DNA of 20,000 nucleotides from an uncultured virus (IMG/VR IMGVR_UViG_3300027969_000051) (lineage: Duplodnaviria; Heunggongvirae; Uroviricota; Caudoviricetes): IMG/VR virus record IMGVR_UViG_3300027969_000051. One strand, 5' to 3'. Of this stretch, positions 8,748-17,083 are shown one piece after another. The stretch's first letter is position 1; each line of letters begins with the position of its first letter. The notes beneath the pieces are model-generated. The model saw only the letters and a program-made list of their open reading frames with translations, was not told the origin of the DNA and did no database searches. A program made the translations under genes and the position numbers.

Positions 8748-9408
8748 TCATTGGAAATATTTCTGCAATAACTTTAGCACACGCTATAGCAACTTCTTGG
8801 TGCTCTTTCTGAGTGCCGTTAGCACTACGTAATTCAATAAAATGAATCCAACTACGAAGTGTTCCATTCATATATAAGCGACTTTCTGTAAGACCTTCTG
8901 GTAATACTGCACGGGCCTGCTCCTTAGCAATGCCATTAGCAATAGCCCATTCATATGCTTCTAATGCTTTCAATGTAACACCACGTTGAATGTTTTCCCA
9001 CCCGGCCGCTAAGAAACGATCTGCATCGATTGACATGTCTAGTTCTACAGAGTTTTGTCTATTTTTTGTATCTTGGAGTCGTGCTTCTCGCAATACAAAC
9101 GACAGGTCTTTAGTAGGGTCAGCATATCGCTGACTGAATTCTTGGAAGCTGAAGCTACGATGTCTAAGGATCTGTCGTGCAATATCTCTTGTGGTTGTGA
9201 TTTCAATACAGGCGGAGACCATTTCGAGTGGGCTCCAGTGTTGGTGTTTGATGAGGTATCTGATGAGTTTTTCTGATGTGTCTGTGTTGAGTTGATTGGA
9301 GGGATTGGACACACGGGCGCAATACGCAATGAGTTCTTGCGCATCTGCAATGCCCATATCTGCAAATTCCTGTGTTGGCTGGCTGTAACTGAGTAATCGA
9401 ACATGCAT
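8725..9408 (-). CDS. thyX: FAD-dependent thymidylate synthase
   Basis: ThyX signature RQILRHRSFSFQEFSQRY, plus HWSPLE, AYCARVS, EQARAVLP and NGTLRSWIHFIELR. Confidence 0.96.
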   Translation of the reverse strand: MHVRLLSYSQPTQEFADMGIADAQELIAYCARVSNPSNQLNTDTSEKLIRYLIKHQHWSPLEMVSACIEITTTRDIARQILRHRSFSFQEFSQRYADPTKDLSFVLREARLQDTKNRQNSVELDMSIDADRFLAAGWENIQRGVTLKALEAYEWAIANGIAKEQARAVLPEGLTESRLYMNGTLRSWIHFIELRSANGTQKEHQEVAIACAKVIAEIFPMTTDLVAG

Positions 9409-9411
9409 TAT

Positions 9412-9732
9412 TTATAGCTTCCGTTTCTTTAAAAATTTATCAGTGGATTTTTTAATGTCTTTTTTAACACGTTCTGTGTCTAATTTAAAATCAACGTTCT
9501 CGATCCGTTCTTCGTAGGTTTTGCAGATCTCGGCAAGACTCTTTTCAAAAGCAGGCCATCCTTCTCGCTTGGTTTTTTCTGTTATTTTTATTTCCCAAGT
9601 TTTGCCATCTTTAAAATTGACCAAAACGGTATGCAAGTACTTGAGAGGCATCACATTAAGTTCAACCTCGCCAAATACTTCTGGCCAATGTGCTATGACA
9701 TCCTTGGGAAGAATTCTTCCCGATTTTGTCAC
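9412..9732 (-). CDS. Hypothetical protein
   Basis: 106 aa, GTG start overlapping the upstream stop, basic C-terminus. Confidence 0.7.
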   Translation of the reverse strand: MTKSGRILPKDVIAHWPEVFGEVELNVMPLKYLHTVLVNFKDGKTWEIKITEKTKREGWPAFEKSLAEICKTYEERIENVDFKLDTERVKKDIKKSTDKFLKKRKL

Positions 9733-10334
9733 TTAGCTTTTTTGGTAGGAACCAACTCCTCGGCTTTGCGTCTAAATTCAGCTGCCTGTTTGGCTAGCTT
9801 ATCAGCCTGGCTACGATAAAATTTAGCACTAACTTCTGGAGTAGATCCTTCTGGTAAAGTTTCATCTACACTTTCGGTTACTGTTGCAGTTACCATTCCA
9901 GGTAAATCTTTAATTTCACTTGGAACTGGTTTATCAAGTACACCTTCTTTTAGAGAAAGCTCATCAACGCTAACTCCACGCTGTTCTGCAATAATCTGAT
10001 TTAATTCAGATAATTGAATTGATGCACCAGTAGTAGGAGTCATTTCAATTTCACTAGTCATTGCTTTAACTAGACGACCAGTTCCGTGTAACGCAGGTAA
10101 CATTCTGCTACCGTCTGGAAATTGTGTACGATCCATTGCTTCAGCAAACTCATATGATGATTGTCCAGCTGGACTTTCTACTAGGTTGATAATAGCATCG
10201 TGATAGATGTCTGGTAAATTTTCTGTTGGTACAATTAGGCAATGGTGTGCATCGCCTGGTAGAGTGCGATAAGCTATTAAACATTTTTTGTTTGTAGCCT
10301 TAACACGCCCTACGTGTTTAAGTTCAGTAGCCAT
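9729..10334 (-). CDS. Hypothetical phage protein (start revised to MATELK at 10334)
   Basis: SD GGAG 6 nt before the ATG at 10334; this start removes the overlap with 10336-10605. Globular N-terminus and helical C-terminal tail. Confidence 0.75.
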   Translation of the reverse strand: MATELKHVGRVKATNKKCLIAYRTLPGDAHHCLIVPTENLPDIYHDAIINLVESPAGQSSYEFAEAMDRTQFPDGSRMLPALHGTGRLVKAMTSEIEMTPTTGASIQLSELNQIIAEQRGVSVDELSLKEGVLDKPVPSEIKDLPGMVTATVTESVDETLPEGSTPEVSAKFYRSQADKLAKQAAEFRRKAEELVPTKKAK

Positions 10335-10335
10335 A

Positions 10336-10605
10336 TTATACTCCAGGTGTTGCCGCAGGTGCGGTGGCTGGTGTTGCAGCCTTGGCAGCTTCTGCTTGTT
10401 TAGCAACGGTTTCTAAAAATGAAGCTAGTTTGGTATAAGTCTGACCAACTGCTACCATTTCGTTAGGTTTAAATGCGCCTCGTGAACTTGCAAGGTCAAT
10501 GATCACTTTTAATGCATTTAGATCATTAATTGTAAGATCAGTGCTTTGACCATTTGGTTCTTGTGGTGCTGCCTGGGTAGGCGGTTGTTGTACTTCGTCT
10601 GACAT
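10336..10605 (-). CDS. Small helical hypothetical protein with low-complexity Q/P and A/T/P termini
   Basis: SD AAGGAG; core LTINDLNALKVIIDLASSRGAFKPNEM. Confidence 0.8.
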   Translation of the reverse strand: MSDEVQQPPTQAAPQEPNGQSTDLTINDLNALKVIIDLASSRGAFKPNEMVAVGQTYTKLASFLETVAKQAEAAKAATPATAPAATPGV

Positions 10606-10630
10606 AGTATCTCCTTAATATGTACGTATA

Positions 10631-10638
10631 TAATTATC
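10631..10638 (-). promoter_or_regulatory. Late-promoter-like box GATAATTA
   Basis: Variant of (T/G)ATAAATA about 25 nt upstream of the ATG at 10605. Confidence 0.4.
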
Positions 10639-10921
10639 TCATCTGTAAATACGGGCAGGCGATTGTGAAGAAACTGAGTTCTTTTTCACTCTCAAAACCT
10701 ATACTAGTATTATAGACAATAGTATTGGTGTTATCTAAGGACAAACTCTGTCCTATGTAATACCTATTATTTAAGTTAGCACGGATCCAAGAGTCGATGG
10801 ATTTGAGCAATACTGGGTTGTATTTTTCAATAGTTGCGTATTTAAAATGCGGACAGGCAAACTCAACCCTCCGCAAATCAAAGTAATTTAGAGGATTAGG
10901 TTTGCCCGATTTTAATGCCAT
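10634..10921 (-). CDS. Hypothetical protein
   Basis: 95 aa, TAATG coupling to the VWA gene; C-terminal IGFESEKELSFF motif. Confidence 0.7.
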   Translation of the reverse strand: MALKSGKPNPLNYFDLRRVEFACPHFKYATIEKYNPVLLKSIDSWIRANLNNRYYIGQSLSLDNTNTIVYNTSIGFESEKELSFFTIACPYLQMR

Positions 10922-12108
10922 TAAGCAGGAACCTTATCCTGATCGTAATATGCGTACTCGCCCCATGGAGGGACAATTTTATCATTACCGTGGATAATGA
11001 ATACTGTATCACAGTAGTTTTCATCACCCCAAGAACCGTATGGGTAACCGTCTGTAAACATGATAAACTTTTTAGGTTGAATATCATTTTCTTTCATGTA
11101 TTCCCAGTTGACATCAAATTCTGTACCACCGCCACCCATTGGTTCGTACGCATCAAACTCGTCCATGGAATATCCATCGTAGTCTGCTTCGTTATAAACT
11201 GAAGTGTCAAAGCACCATACTTTAATTTTAAAGTCTCGATACTCTTGCATAATACCTTTAATTTCAGACAAGAAGTCTTTTGCTTGCTCGTCACCAATTG
11301 AACCGGACATATCAATCGCTACACAGATATCAATAGTCTCCTGGAATTGTTGCCCTGGTAAAATTGCACTCATGTGCCAACCTTTACGATTAGGACGCAT
11401 AAAACTAAAATCATTCTTAATAGTACTTTGGATTTGTTGACGCAAAATTTCACGCCAGTTCATCTTAGGTTCTGTAAGTTCTTTAATCATGCGTTGTACA
11501 CTTGCTGGAACATTTCCAGCACCTGCCGCTTGTGCCGCCTGCATAGTAGCTTCACGGATTTCGTCACGGATTTCTTTTAATTGTTCTTTGGTATATTTCG
11601 GTTGTCCGTTACCATTGCCGTCTTCGCCCCAATCAATATGCTCGTCAAGTAGTTGGCCTAATTGATTAAGTTGTTCTTCATCCATTTCGTCATAGATTTT
11701 GTCATAGATTTCTTCAGCACCCATACTGTAGTATTTGGGCTCGTGGAAGATTTTAATATCTTTAATATTATGATCGCCAATTCCGTCGCGAACAATTTGT
11801 CCGTTTACACAATAGTCTGCGGCAATGTTAAATATCTTTGGATCTCGTCCTTCACGACGCCCCATGTGATCAAAAACATTGTGTAAGATTTCATGTGCAA
11901 TTACAAATTCAACTTGTTTAACAGTAAGTGGTTCAAAGAACTTACGGCAGAAAAAGATAGTACGCCCATCTGTAGCCGCGGTTGGAAGCCAATCGCTAGC
12001 TTCTTCAATTTTAAGCCTAGTAGCCATATTGCCAAAGAACGGATGCTTTAGCAGAAGACTAACACGAGCTACGATAATTTTATCTATGATTGGGTCTGTA
12101 TGCGACAT
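10921..12108 (-). CDS. Zincin-like HExxH metallopeptidase domain plus VWA domain protein (DUF2201-like); start revised to 12108
   Basis: TAATDG, AHEILH (HExxH), NIAADYCVN; VWA MIDAS motif AIDMSGS, GGGGTEF and MFTDG; SD AAAGGAG before the ATG at 12108. Confidence 0.88.
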   Translation of the reverse strand: MSHTDPIIDKIIVARVSLLLKHPFFGNMATRLKIEEASDWLPTAATDGRTIFFCRKFFEPLTVKQVEFVIAHEILHNVFDHMGRREGRDPKIFNIAADYCVNGQIVRDGIGDHNIKDIKIFHEPKYYSMGAEEIYDKIYDEMDEEQLNQLGQLLDEHIDWGEDGNGNGQPKYTKEQLKEIRDEIREATMQAAQAAGAGNVPASVQRMIKELTEPKMNWREILRQQIQSTIKNDFSFMRPNRKGWHMSAILPGQQFQETIDICVAIDMSGSIGDEQAKDFLSEIKGIMQEYRDFKIKVWCFDTSVYNEADYDGYSMDEFDAYEPMGGGGTEFDVNWEYMKENDIQPKKFIMFTDGYPYGSWGDENYCDTVFIIHGNDKIVPPWGEYAYYDQDKVPA

Positions 12109-12133
12109 GAACACTCCTTTACTGTATGTATAT

Positions 12134-12162
12134 ATTATAACACCTCCCGAAGGAGGTGTCAA
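12134..12162 (-). promoter_or_regulatory. Perfect consensus sigma70 promoter TTGACA-17-TATAAT
   Basis: The minus strand reads TTGACA cctccttcgggaggtgt TATAAT, upstream of the VWA gene. Confidence 0.85.
12140..12159 (-). other. 8-bp hairpin with a C(UUCG)G tetraloop; possible terminator or processing site for the AAA+ gene
   Basis: ACACCTCC-TTCG-GGAGGTGT, 19 nt downstream of the AAA+ stop; only a weak U-tail follows. Confidence 0.65.
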
Positions 12163-12178
12163 TCGGTACTAATTCAAA

Positions 12179-13276
12179 TTATTTACTAGATTTGTCAGTA
12201 GCCGCCGCAATGTACTTGCCAAATTTAGCATGGAAAGAATCAAAGCATTTGATCTCATCTGGGTCTAGCGGCAATTTGTACGTAGACAATGCCAACTTAG
12301 TACCCATGATAACCAATTCTGTTTCAAAATTATCCATCATAAATTGGAAAAAGTTATTGACTTGATCGTTCCAATTTTTAACGTTCTTATCGCAAGCATC
12401 TTTAAGCTCGTAGCACAAAGACACAGTCAAAGAGTACATAGCAGAGATTTCTTTAGTCTTCATCTCTTTAACTTTACCTGACAAGATTTCTGTAGGATTA
12501 GGCATTTTGCTAGAGTGTTTACGATGTGCCATAAACTTAATAGCCAATCCTTCACCAACTGAGCCTGAAACCAAATCTGTCAATGTGTCTGCGTCAGTGT
12601 CGTCATCGTGCAACAGTTCGCTAACAAACGACCAAGAGCGTGGAGTTGCAAAAGCACGTGAACTAGATTTTGGATCAAAATCGTACAAGTCTTTCTTGCT
12701 AAATGTTAAGTAGCCAACAACATCGCGATGGACTTTATTTTCTACAGCCCACTCAAAGTAGTCATCCCAATTAACAGTCATCTCTAAGTGAACAAAACGG
12801 TTAGCCAACGGAGCAGGCATACGGAATGTAACACCCTTGTCAGTTTCACGGTTACCAGCGGCAACTAGCACAACGTTGTCTGGAAGTTGGTAAGTGCCAA
12901 CCCGGCGATTCAAAATTAATTGATAAGCCGCCGCCTGTACAGCAGGTGCCGCAGAGTTCATCTCATCAAGAAACAATACAATAGTTTTATGTTTCTTTGC
13001 TAGCTCTGCACTAGGCAATTCGCTTGGAGGTGCCCAAACCATTGTGCCAGTATTTGAGTCGAAATATGGAATACCTTTAATATCTGTAGGTTCCCAAAGT
13101 GACAAACGAACATCGATAACATGAGCATCGAGCTCAGTACCAAGTTGTTTGATAATGTCAGATTTTCCAATACCTGGAGGACCCCAGATAAAGATTGGAC
13201 GTTTATTTTTAAACGCTTTGCGCAAAGATTTTTTAGCGCCTTGGGGACCAACTGTCCGGCTTGTGATTTCTGCCAT
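12179..13276 (-). CDS. MoxR-like/dynein-related AAA+ ATPase
   Basis: Walker A GPPGIGKS, Walker B LFLDEMN, sensor AAGNR, PLANRF and TPRSW motifs; adjacent to the VWA gene. Confidence 0.92.
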   Translation of the reverse strand: MAEITSRTVGPQGAKKSLRKAFKNKRPIFIWGPPGIGKSDIIKQLGTELDAHVIDVRLSLWEPTDIKGIPYFDSNTGTMVWAPPSELPSAELAKKHKTIVLFLDEMNSAAPAVQAAAYQLILNRRVGTYQLPDNVVLVAAGNRETDKGVTFRMPAPLANRFVHLEMTVNWDDYFEWAVENKVHRDVVGYLTFSKKDLYDFDPKSSSRAFATPRSWSFVSELLHDDDTDADTLTDLVSGSVGEGLAIKFMAHRKHSSKMPNPTEILSGKVKEMKTKEISAMYSLTVSLCYELKDACDKNVKNWNDQVNNFFQFMMDNFETELVIMGTKLALSTYKLPLDPDEIKCFDSFHAKFGKYIAAATDKSSK

Positions 13277-13326
13277 TTTGTTTCCTATCTTAAGTTGCGG
13301 TTGAAATGTCTTACTTGATGTATAGT

Positions 13327-13355
13327 ATTATACAGTCAACGCAGGCAGAAGTCAA
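13327..13355 (-). promoter_or_regulatory. Sigma70 promoter TTGACT-17-TATAAT
   Basis: The minus strand reads TTGACT tctgcctgcgttgactg TATAAT in the intergenic gap before the AAA+ gene. Confidence 0.8.
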
Positions 13356-13372
13356 TGCGTTTTTAAATTTTT

Positions 13373-13783
13373 TTAGGAATCTTCGTCCGTTTTGGACAAT
13401 TCTTTTTCACGCTCGTTTATGGCTTTTATGAGTCCAAATTTTCGGATGTCGTCAGAAAACAACATTAGTTCAAAACTCTTGCGTTCAGAAAACACTGTGA
13501 TACTTTCTTTGGTTAGGTAGTATGGGCAATCGATGTATCTTTCCAAAAATACGATTGTTTGTGGGCTTAACTCAATTGGTTCAGTAAATGGAATTTCGTA
13601 ACTACGTAGCTCTAACTCAGTTTCTAAAAATTCAAAACCTTCATCACTTAATCGAAAAGCCGTTTGCTTTCCTGTACGAGTTGACTGCCACCATTTTCTT
13701 GAGAATATTTTAAAATTTGCTTCATCAATACTTTTGCCCCATTGTTGTAAAAATATCTTAGTTAGGGCATCTCTAGGAATCAT
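13373..13783 (-). CDS. Hypothetical protein (start revised to MIPRDA at 13783)
   Basis: ATGA overlap with the stop of 13780-14064; motifs FRLSDEGFEFL and LERYIDCPYY. Confidence 0.7.
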   Translation of the reverse strand: MIPRDALTKIFLQQWGKSIDEANFKIFSRKWWQSTRTGKQTAFRLSDEGFEFLETELELRSYEIPFTEPIELSPQTIVFLERYIDCPYYLTKESITVFSERKSFELMLFSDDIRKFGLIKAINEREKELSKTDEDS

Positions 13784-14064
13784 TTTATTATTGTGCCTTG
13801 TGTAAGCATTACTACTTGGAAATCTTCGCACCCAAAAGTAAGGTTTAATTTCTTTGCCAAATTACGTGCATGACCAGGATTTGAAAAAGAAACTTTTTTA
13901 TACTTAGGGCCAGGATAAGATGTAAGGCTGTTGAACGATTTTAGATTAAACGGTTCGTTCTTATAAAAGACAGCCCAAATGGCTTCAGCTTCGAGAATTT
14001 GCTCGGCTTTATAAGTTTTTTTATTAGTATATTCTAATAATACTTTTGGTTTGGGTCTTGACAT
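13780..14064 (-). CDS. Basic hypothetical protein
   Basis: 94 aa, MSRPKP start, GPKYKKVSFSNPGHA motif; late box and hairpin upstream. Confidence 0.8.
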   Translation of the reverse strand: MSRPKPKVLLEYTNKKTYKAEQILEAEAIWAVFYKNEPFNLKSFNSLTSYPGPKYKKVSFSNPGHARNLAKKLNLTFGCEDFQVVMLTQGTIIK

Positions 14065-14065
14065 A

Positions 14066-14099
14066 ATATGCGTCCTAATAATATACGCATATATTTATC
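14066..14099 (-). promoter_or_regulatory. Late-like box GATAAATA abutting an 8-bp hairpin over the ribosome-binding region
   Basis: GATAAATA at 14099-14092; arms ATATGCGT/ACGCATAT at 14092-14085 and 14073-14066; ATG at 14064. Confidence 0.6.
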
Positions 14100-14100
14100 T

Positions 14101-14349
14101 CTATTTCGACCCTTCGAACCCACCACCGTCAAGCTGTATTTCTACTACTTCTGTATCTACACCACGTTTTAATGCGTTATACATACTTTCATAGTCTTGT
14201 AGTAGTTTACCTTGTATCTCAGTAAGAGCAAGGCTAAGTAACCTTGCTTGTGCAATAGACATTTTAACTTCTTTTTGTTGGCCTAACTCAGCGGCTCTTA
14301 ATAGTTGAGCAAACTGAGTCAGAGGTGACATGTTAATTTGATTTTGCAT
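14101..14349 (-). CDS. Hypothetical protein
   Basis: 82 aa, helical, ends LDGGGF; overlaps the upstream gene. Confidence 0.75.
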   Translation of the reverse strand: MQNQINMSPLTQFAQLLRAAELGQQKEVKMSIAQARLLSLALTEIQGKLLQDYESMYNALKRGVDTEVVEIQLDGGGFEGSK

Positions 14350-14881
14350 TTGACAGTACCTGTTTCATTTCTAATTCTGATTTAAACGGGCCTTTAAAGT
14401 CATTGCGCTCTAGTGTAATTGCCTTAGGGCAAAAACTTTTAACCCAACCTTTGTTAAATTTGATTGTGTAATATCCTGCACAGTATAGACTCTTGCTAGC
14501 ATTGCTTTTAGTAAACAATGGAAGTCGACGCCTTACATCGTACATAGAATTATATGGTTGGCACGAAGTTGGGAAACCATGGCATTCGTGTGACACTGCC
14601 TGGGTAACTTTAACTTTAGTACTTGATAGGAAGAAGTCCTCGCCGAACTGCTTTTGTAAGTCCTGTTTTTTATTAAACATAACCTCACCGTTAGTACTAC
14701 TTAAGATGAATTTATTATTCTCTTTTTTATGTAGAGTAGCAATCTTAGTGCCAGCTTCTTCTACAATCCAAAATTTGCCATCAACGATGGGCTTTGCGTG
14801 TATCTCTGTCATAGTTTTTTCCTTACACCCCTTGGTTTTGTTTGGGCATGTTGTTTCGTATATACATCCTGTATCATACAT
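14333..14881 (-). CDS. Hypothetical protein (start either 14881 or 14812)
   Basis: SD GGAGGAG precedes the ATG at 14881; SD AAGGA precedes the ATG at 14812. Motifs LPLFTKS..SKSLYCAGYY and SFCPK.ITL. Confidence 0.75.
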   Translation of the reverse strand: MYDTGCIYETTCPNKTKGCKEKTMTEIHAKPIVDGKFWIVEEAGTKIATLHKKENNKFILSSTNGEVMFNKKQDLQKQFGEDFFLSSTKVKVTQAVSHECHGFPTSCQPYNSMYDVRRRLPLFTKSNASKSLYCAGYYTIKFNKGWVKSFCPKAITLERNDFKGPFKSELEMKQVLSNAKSN

Positions 14882-14929
14882 ATATTTCTCCTCCATTACT
14901 GTACCCCGAAGGCGTTATAGTAATATACG

Positions 14930-14937
14930 TATTTATC
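14930..14937 (-). promoter_or_regulatory. Late-like box GATAAATA
   Basis: Intergenic, followed by an imperfect hairpin with a CC-TTCG-GG loop and then the SD. Confidence 0.55.
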
Positions 14938-14944
14938 TCTCATT

Positions 14945-15463
14945 TTAATCGGTTTCTCCGCCTTCACTATCAGGCTTAGGATTATCTACACTCCAGGGCC
15001 AACTAGTACTAGGATTAGGTTTAGCTTTTAGTTTAACATTTTCTTCAATTACTGTTCCGTCTTCTTCGCAAAGACTAATTTGATATGGAGCATCTATAAG
15101 TAGATAGTCGTCTTCAACTTGCCAATCGTGCTCACCGTCAAATAACCAACCAGCACCGCCTTCGTGGTATGATGATTCAAACGCTTCTTTTTGGTCGTCT
15201 GTAAAGTCATCGCTGTATTCAAAGTAACAGGCAACACCGTCTTCAAGTTCAGCACCCCAACCACAATCTGTACGGGCCATGGCTTGAGTTGCACCTTCGT
15301 AGGGAAGGTTTATATCCATGTCTGATTCGACAAATCCTTGACCCCAGCGATAATGATCTTCAATATTAATCCAGCTGGTAGAACCGTCTGCATTATCTCG
15401 GAACAGTTCTATACACCAACAAATGCTTTTTTTATGTAAAGGTTTGATTAAGTATACAGACAT
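14945..15463 (-). CDS. Acidic hypothetical protein
   Basis: 172 aa, D/E/W-rich, SD AAGGA. Confidence 0.75.
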   Translation of the reverse strand: MSVYLIKPLHKKSICWCIELFRDNADGSTSWINIEDHYRWGQGFVESDMDINLPYEGATQAMARTDCGWGAELEDGVACYFEYSDDFTDDQKEAFESSYHEGGAGWLFDGEHDWQVEDDYLLIDAPYQISLCEEDGTVIEENVKLKAKPNPSTSWPWSVDNPKPDSEGGETD

Positions 15464-15472
15464 AGTATTTCC

Positions 15473-15685
15473 TTAAACGTCTAAGTCCATTTCGCCAGCT
15501 TCTTTAACAAGAGCTAGTACTTCGTCTAGTGTGTTACACAAGATCTTAGCATTAACATAGTCGCCTTTTTTATTACGGCCACCTGCTTCTACCATAAAAC
15601 CATTGTCATAACGATTGATAGTATATGACTCGTTGATCTTTGTTAGTTTATCACTAAATGTTTTTACTGATTTTGTTGTTGCCAT
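15473..15685 (-). CDS. Small hypothetical protein (start revised to MATTKS at 15685)
   Basis: SD AAGGAG before the ATG at 15685, immediately after the exonuclease stop. Confidence 0.75.
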   Translation of the reverse strand: MATTKSVKTFSDKLTKINESYTINRYDNGFMVEAGGRNKKGDYVNAKILCNTLDEVLALVKEAGEMDLDV

Positions 15686-15686
15686 T

Positions 15687-16673
15687 TTAGATCTCCTTAT
15701 ATTTGGCTTGGAACGGCTCAGCATACGATTGTATGTTGTCTGCAATTTTCTTCATGTCCCATGTATTGCAGAATTTAAGCATACGAATACCTACTTGATC
15801 TACAGTCTTAGGTATTGCATTAGTCTGTATAGTTTCTTTAATAAGTTCTTTAATTTCAGCGGGTTGTGCAGTTAAGTCGCATAACTGAACATTACGTAGA
15901 TAGTCATCTAGAACACGATGTTCGACGCCATTATGGTCGACCCAACGTTGCAACATGAGATTGTTCCAATTATATCCTTTAGTCTTACGATCGGAAAACG
16001 CTTCCATGAGACCAACTTTATTCTTTGACCCTTTTGTTCGTACTCCCGGATAAGCTGAAAATACATTATCTGATGTGTCGCCTCGCATACATTTTTCGAA
16101 CAGCATCCATTCAGGGTCTTGTGCAGGCTTAGGCTCGCCTGTCTTTTTGTCTTTAACAGGTTTACCTTTAGCATCAAAGATACCTTCATGTGTGATGTGT
16201 AAATCACCTACACCGTTATATTGACTAACAGTAGGACTTACAAGTTGTGCAAAGTCGCCGTCTGTTGAAATAATAACATGTTTAGCATCAGGGTGTGATT
16301 GTATCCAACCAGCAATCAAATCATCTGCTTCTAGTTGCTTATGTTGCATTACTGTAGCATTAGTTTTTTCTGTAATAAAATCTTTAAACTGATCAAATGC
16401 TTCCCAAAACATCTTGTCTTCGTCTTGTTGTTTTTGAGTCATTGCATCACGAGTTTCTTGTCTATTCGCTTTATAAGGAGTATAATAATCCTTGCGCCAG
16501 CTACGACCTTCGAGACAGAATACTACATGAGTACCGCCAAAGTCTTGCCATGCCTTCTTGATACTGTTAAAAGTAATATGGAATGCCATACCGAGTTTAA
16601 TTTCGGCATCGCCTTGTACTACATGCCTAGCACGAAAAAATGTGTTAGCAGTATCAACTATAATATGTGTCAT
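15687..16673 (-). CDS. rnh: 5'-3' exonuclease / T4 RNase H-like flap nuclease
   Basis: IIVDTAN, SWRKDYY..YKANR, LEADDLIA, ISTDGDFAQL and RGDTSDNV (H3TH) motifs of the FEN/5' nuclease family. Confidence 0.88.
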   Translation of the reverse strand: MTHIIVDTANTFFRARHVVQGDAEIKLGMAFHITFNSIKKAWQDFGGTHVVFCLEGRSWRKDYYTPYKANRQETRDAMTQKQQDEDKMFWEAFDQFKDFITEKTNATVMQHKQLEADDLIAGWIQSHPDAKHVIISTDGDFAQLVSPTVSQYNGVGDLHITHEGIFDAKGKPVKDKKTGEPKPAQDPEWMLFEKCMRGDTSDNVFSAYPGVRTKGSKNKVGLMEAFSDRKTKGYNWNNLMLQRWVDHNGVEHRVLDDYLRNVQLCDLTAQPAEIKELIKETIQTNAIPKTVDQVGIRMLKFCNTWDMKKIADNIQSYAEPFQAKYKEI

Positions 16674-17083
16674 TCTACCTGAGCCTTGTTGTTTGGTAAT
16701 TTTGTTACATTAATAAATCCAGCGCCAACACGTTCCGGCTCGGCGATACCTGCTTCGGTTAACATGTTTCTAGCCAAATCTCTAAACCAACGGTCGACAA
16801 TTTCTTCTTCTGGATCACCTTCAAAACCGTATCCAGCTTGTTTCAATTGTAACACAAATTCATCATTCCAGTCAAGTTCAAAAAACCCATTGCGCACATT
16901 ATCTTTGTTTACATGAGTATCTAGAACAGTTACATATGGTTCTCCGCGAGCAGTAGCACGTTCTTTTGGCGTTAGCTTAGCCTGTGCTTCTTCTGCCTTG
17001 GCTTTGATTGTTTCTAATTGAGCTTGTTCTTTTTCTTCAAGAAGTTTATCAATGCCAAATAACTTTCTAATAATTTTTTTCAT
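16670..17083 (-). CDS. Hypothetical protein (start revised to MKKII at 17083)
   Basis: TAATG coupling with the queE stop; motif GFFELDWNDEFV..L..AGY...EEEIVDRWF. Confidence 0.75.
   Translation of the reverse strand: MKKIIRKLFGIDKLLEEKEQAQLETIKAKAEEAQAKLTPKERATARGEPYVTVLDTHVNKDNVRNGFFELDWNDEFVLQLKQAGYGFEGDPEEEIVDRWFRDLARNMLTEAGIAEPERVGAGFINVTKLPNNKAQVE

Noticed and set aside
9409..9416. TATAAATA on the minus strand directly before the thyX ATG
   Set aside because: It overlaps the upstream stop and abuts the start codon, so a transcript from it would begin inside the CDS; probably a chance match in AT-rich DNA.
12109..12162. Longer N-terminus of the VWA gene starting at TTG 12162
   Set aside because: That TTG is the -35 box and the extension spans the promoter; the SD supports 12108.
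14493..14948. 151-aa + strand ORF, and the other short antisense or alternate-frame ORFs in the track (e.g. 9045-9404, 16335-16682, 17596-17916, 19059-19382)
   Set aside because: They lie within better-supported genes, lack recognisable motifs and look like shadow ORFs.
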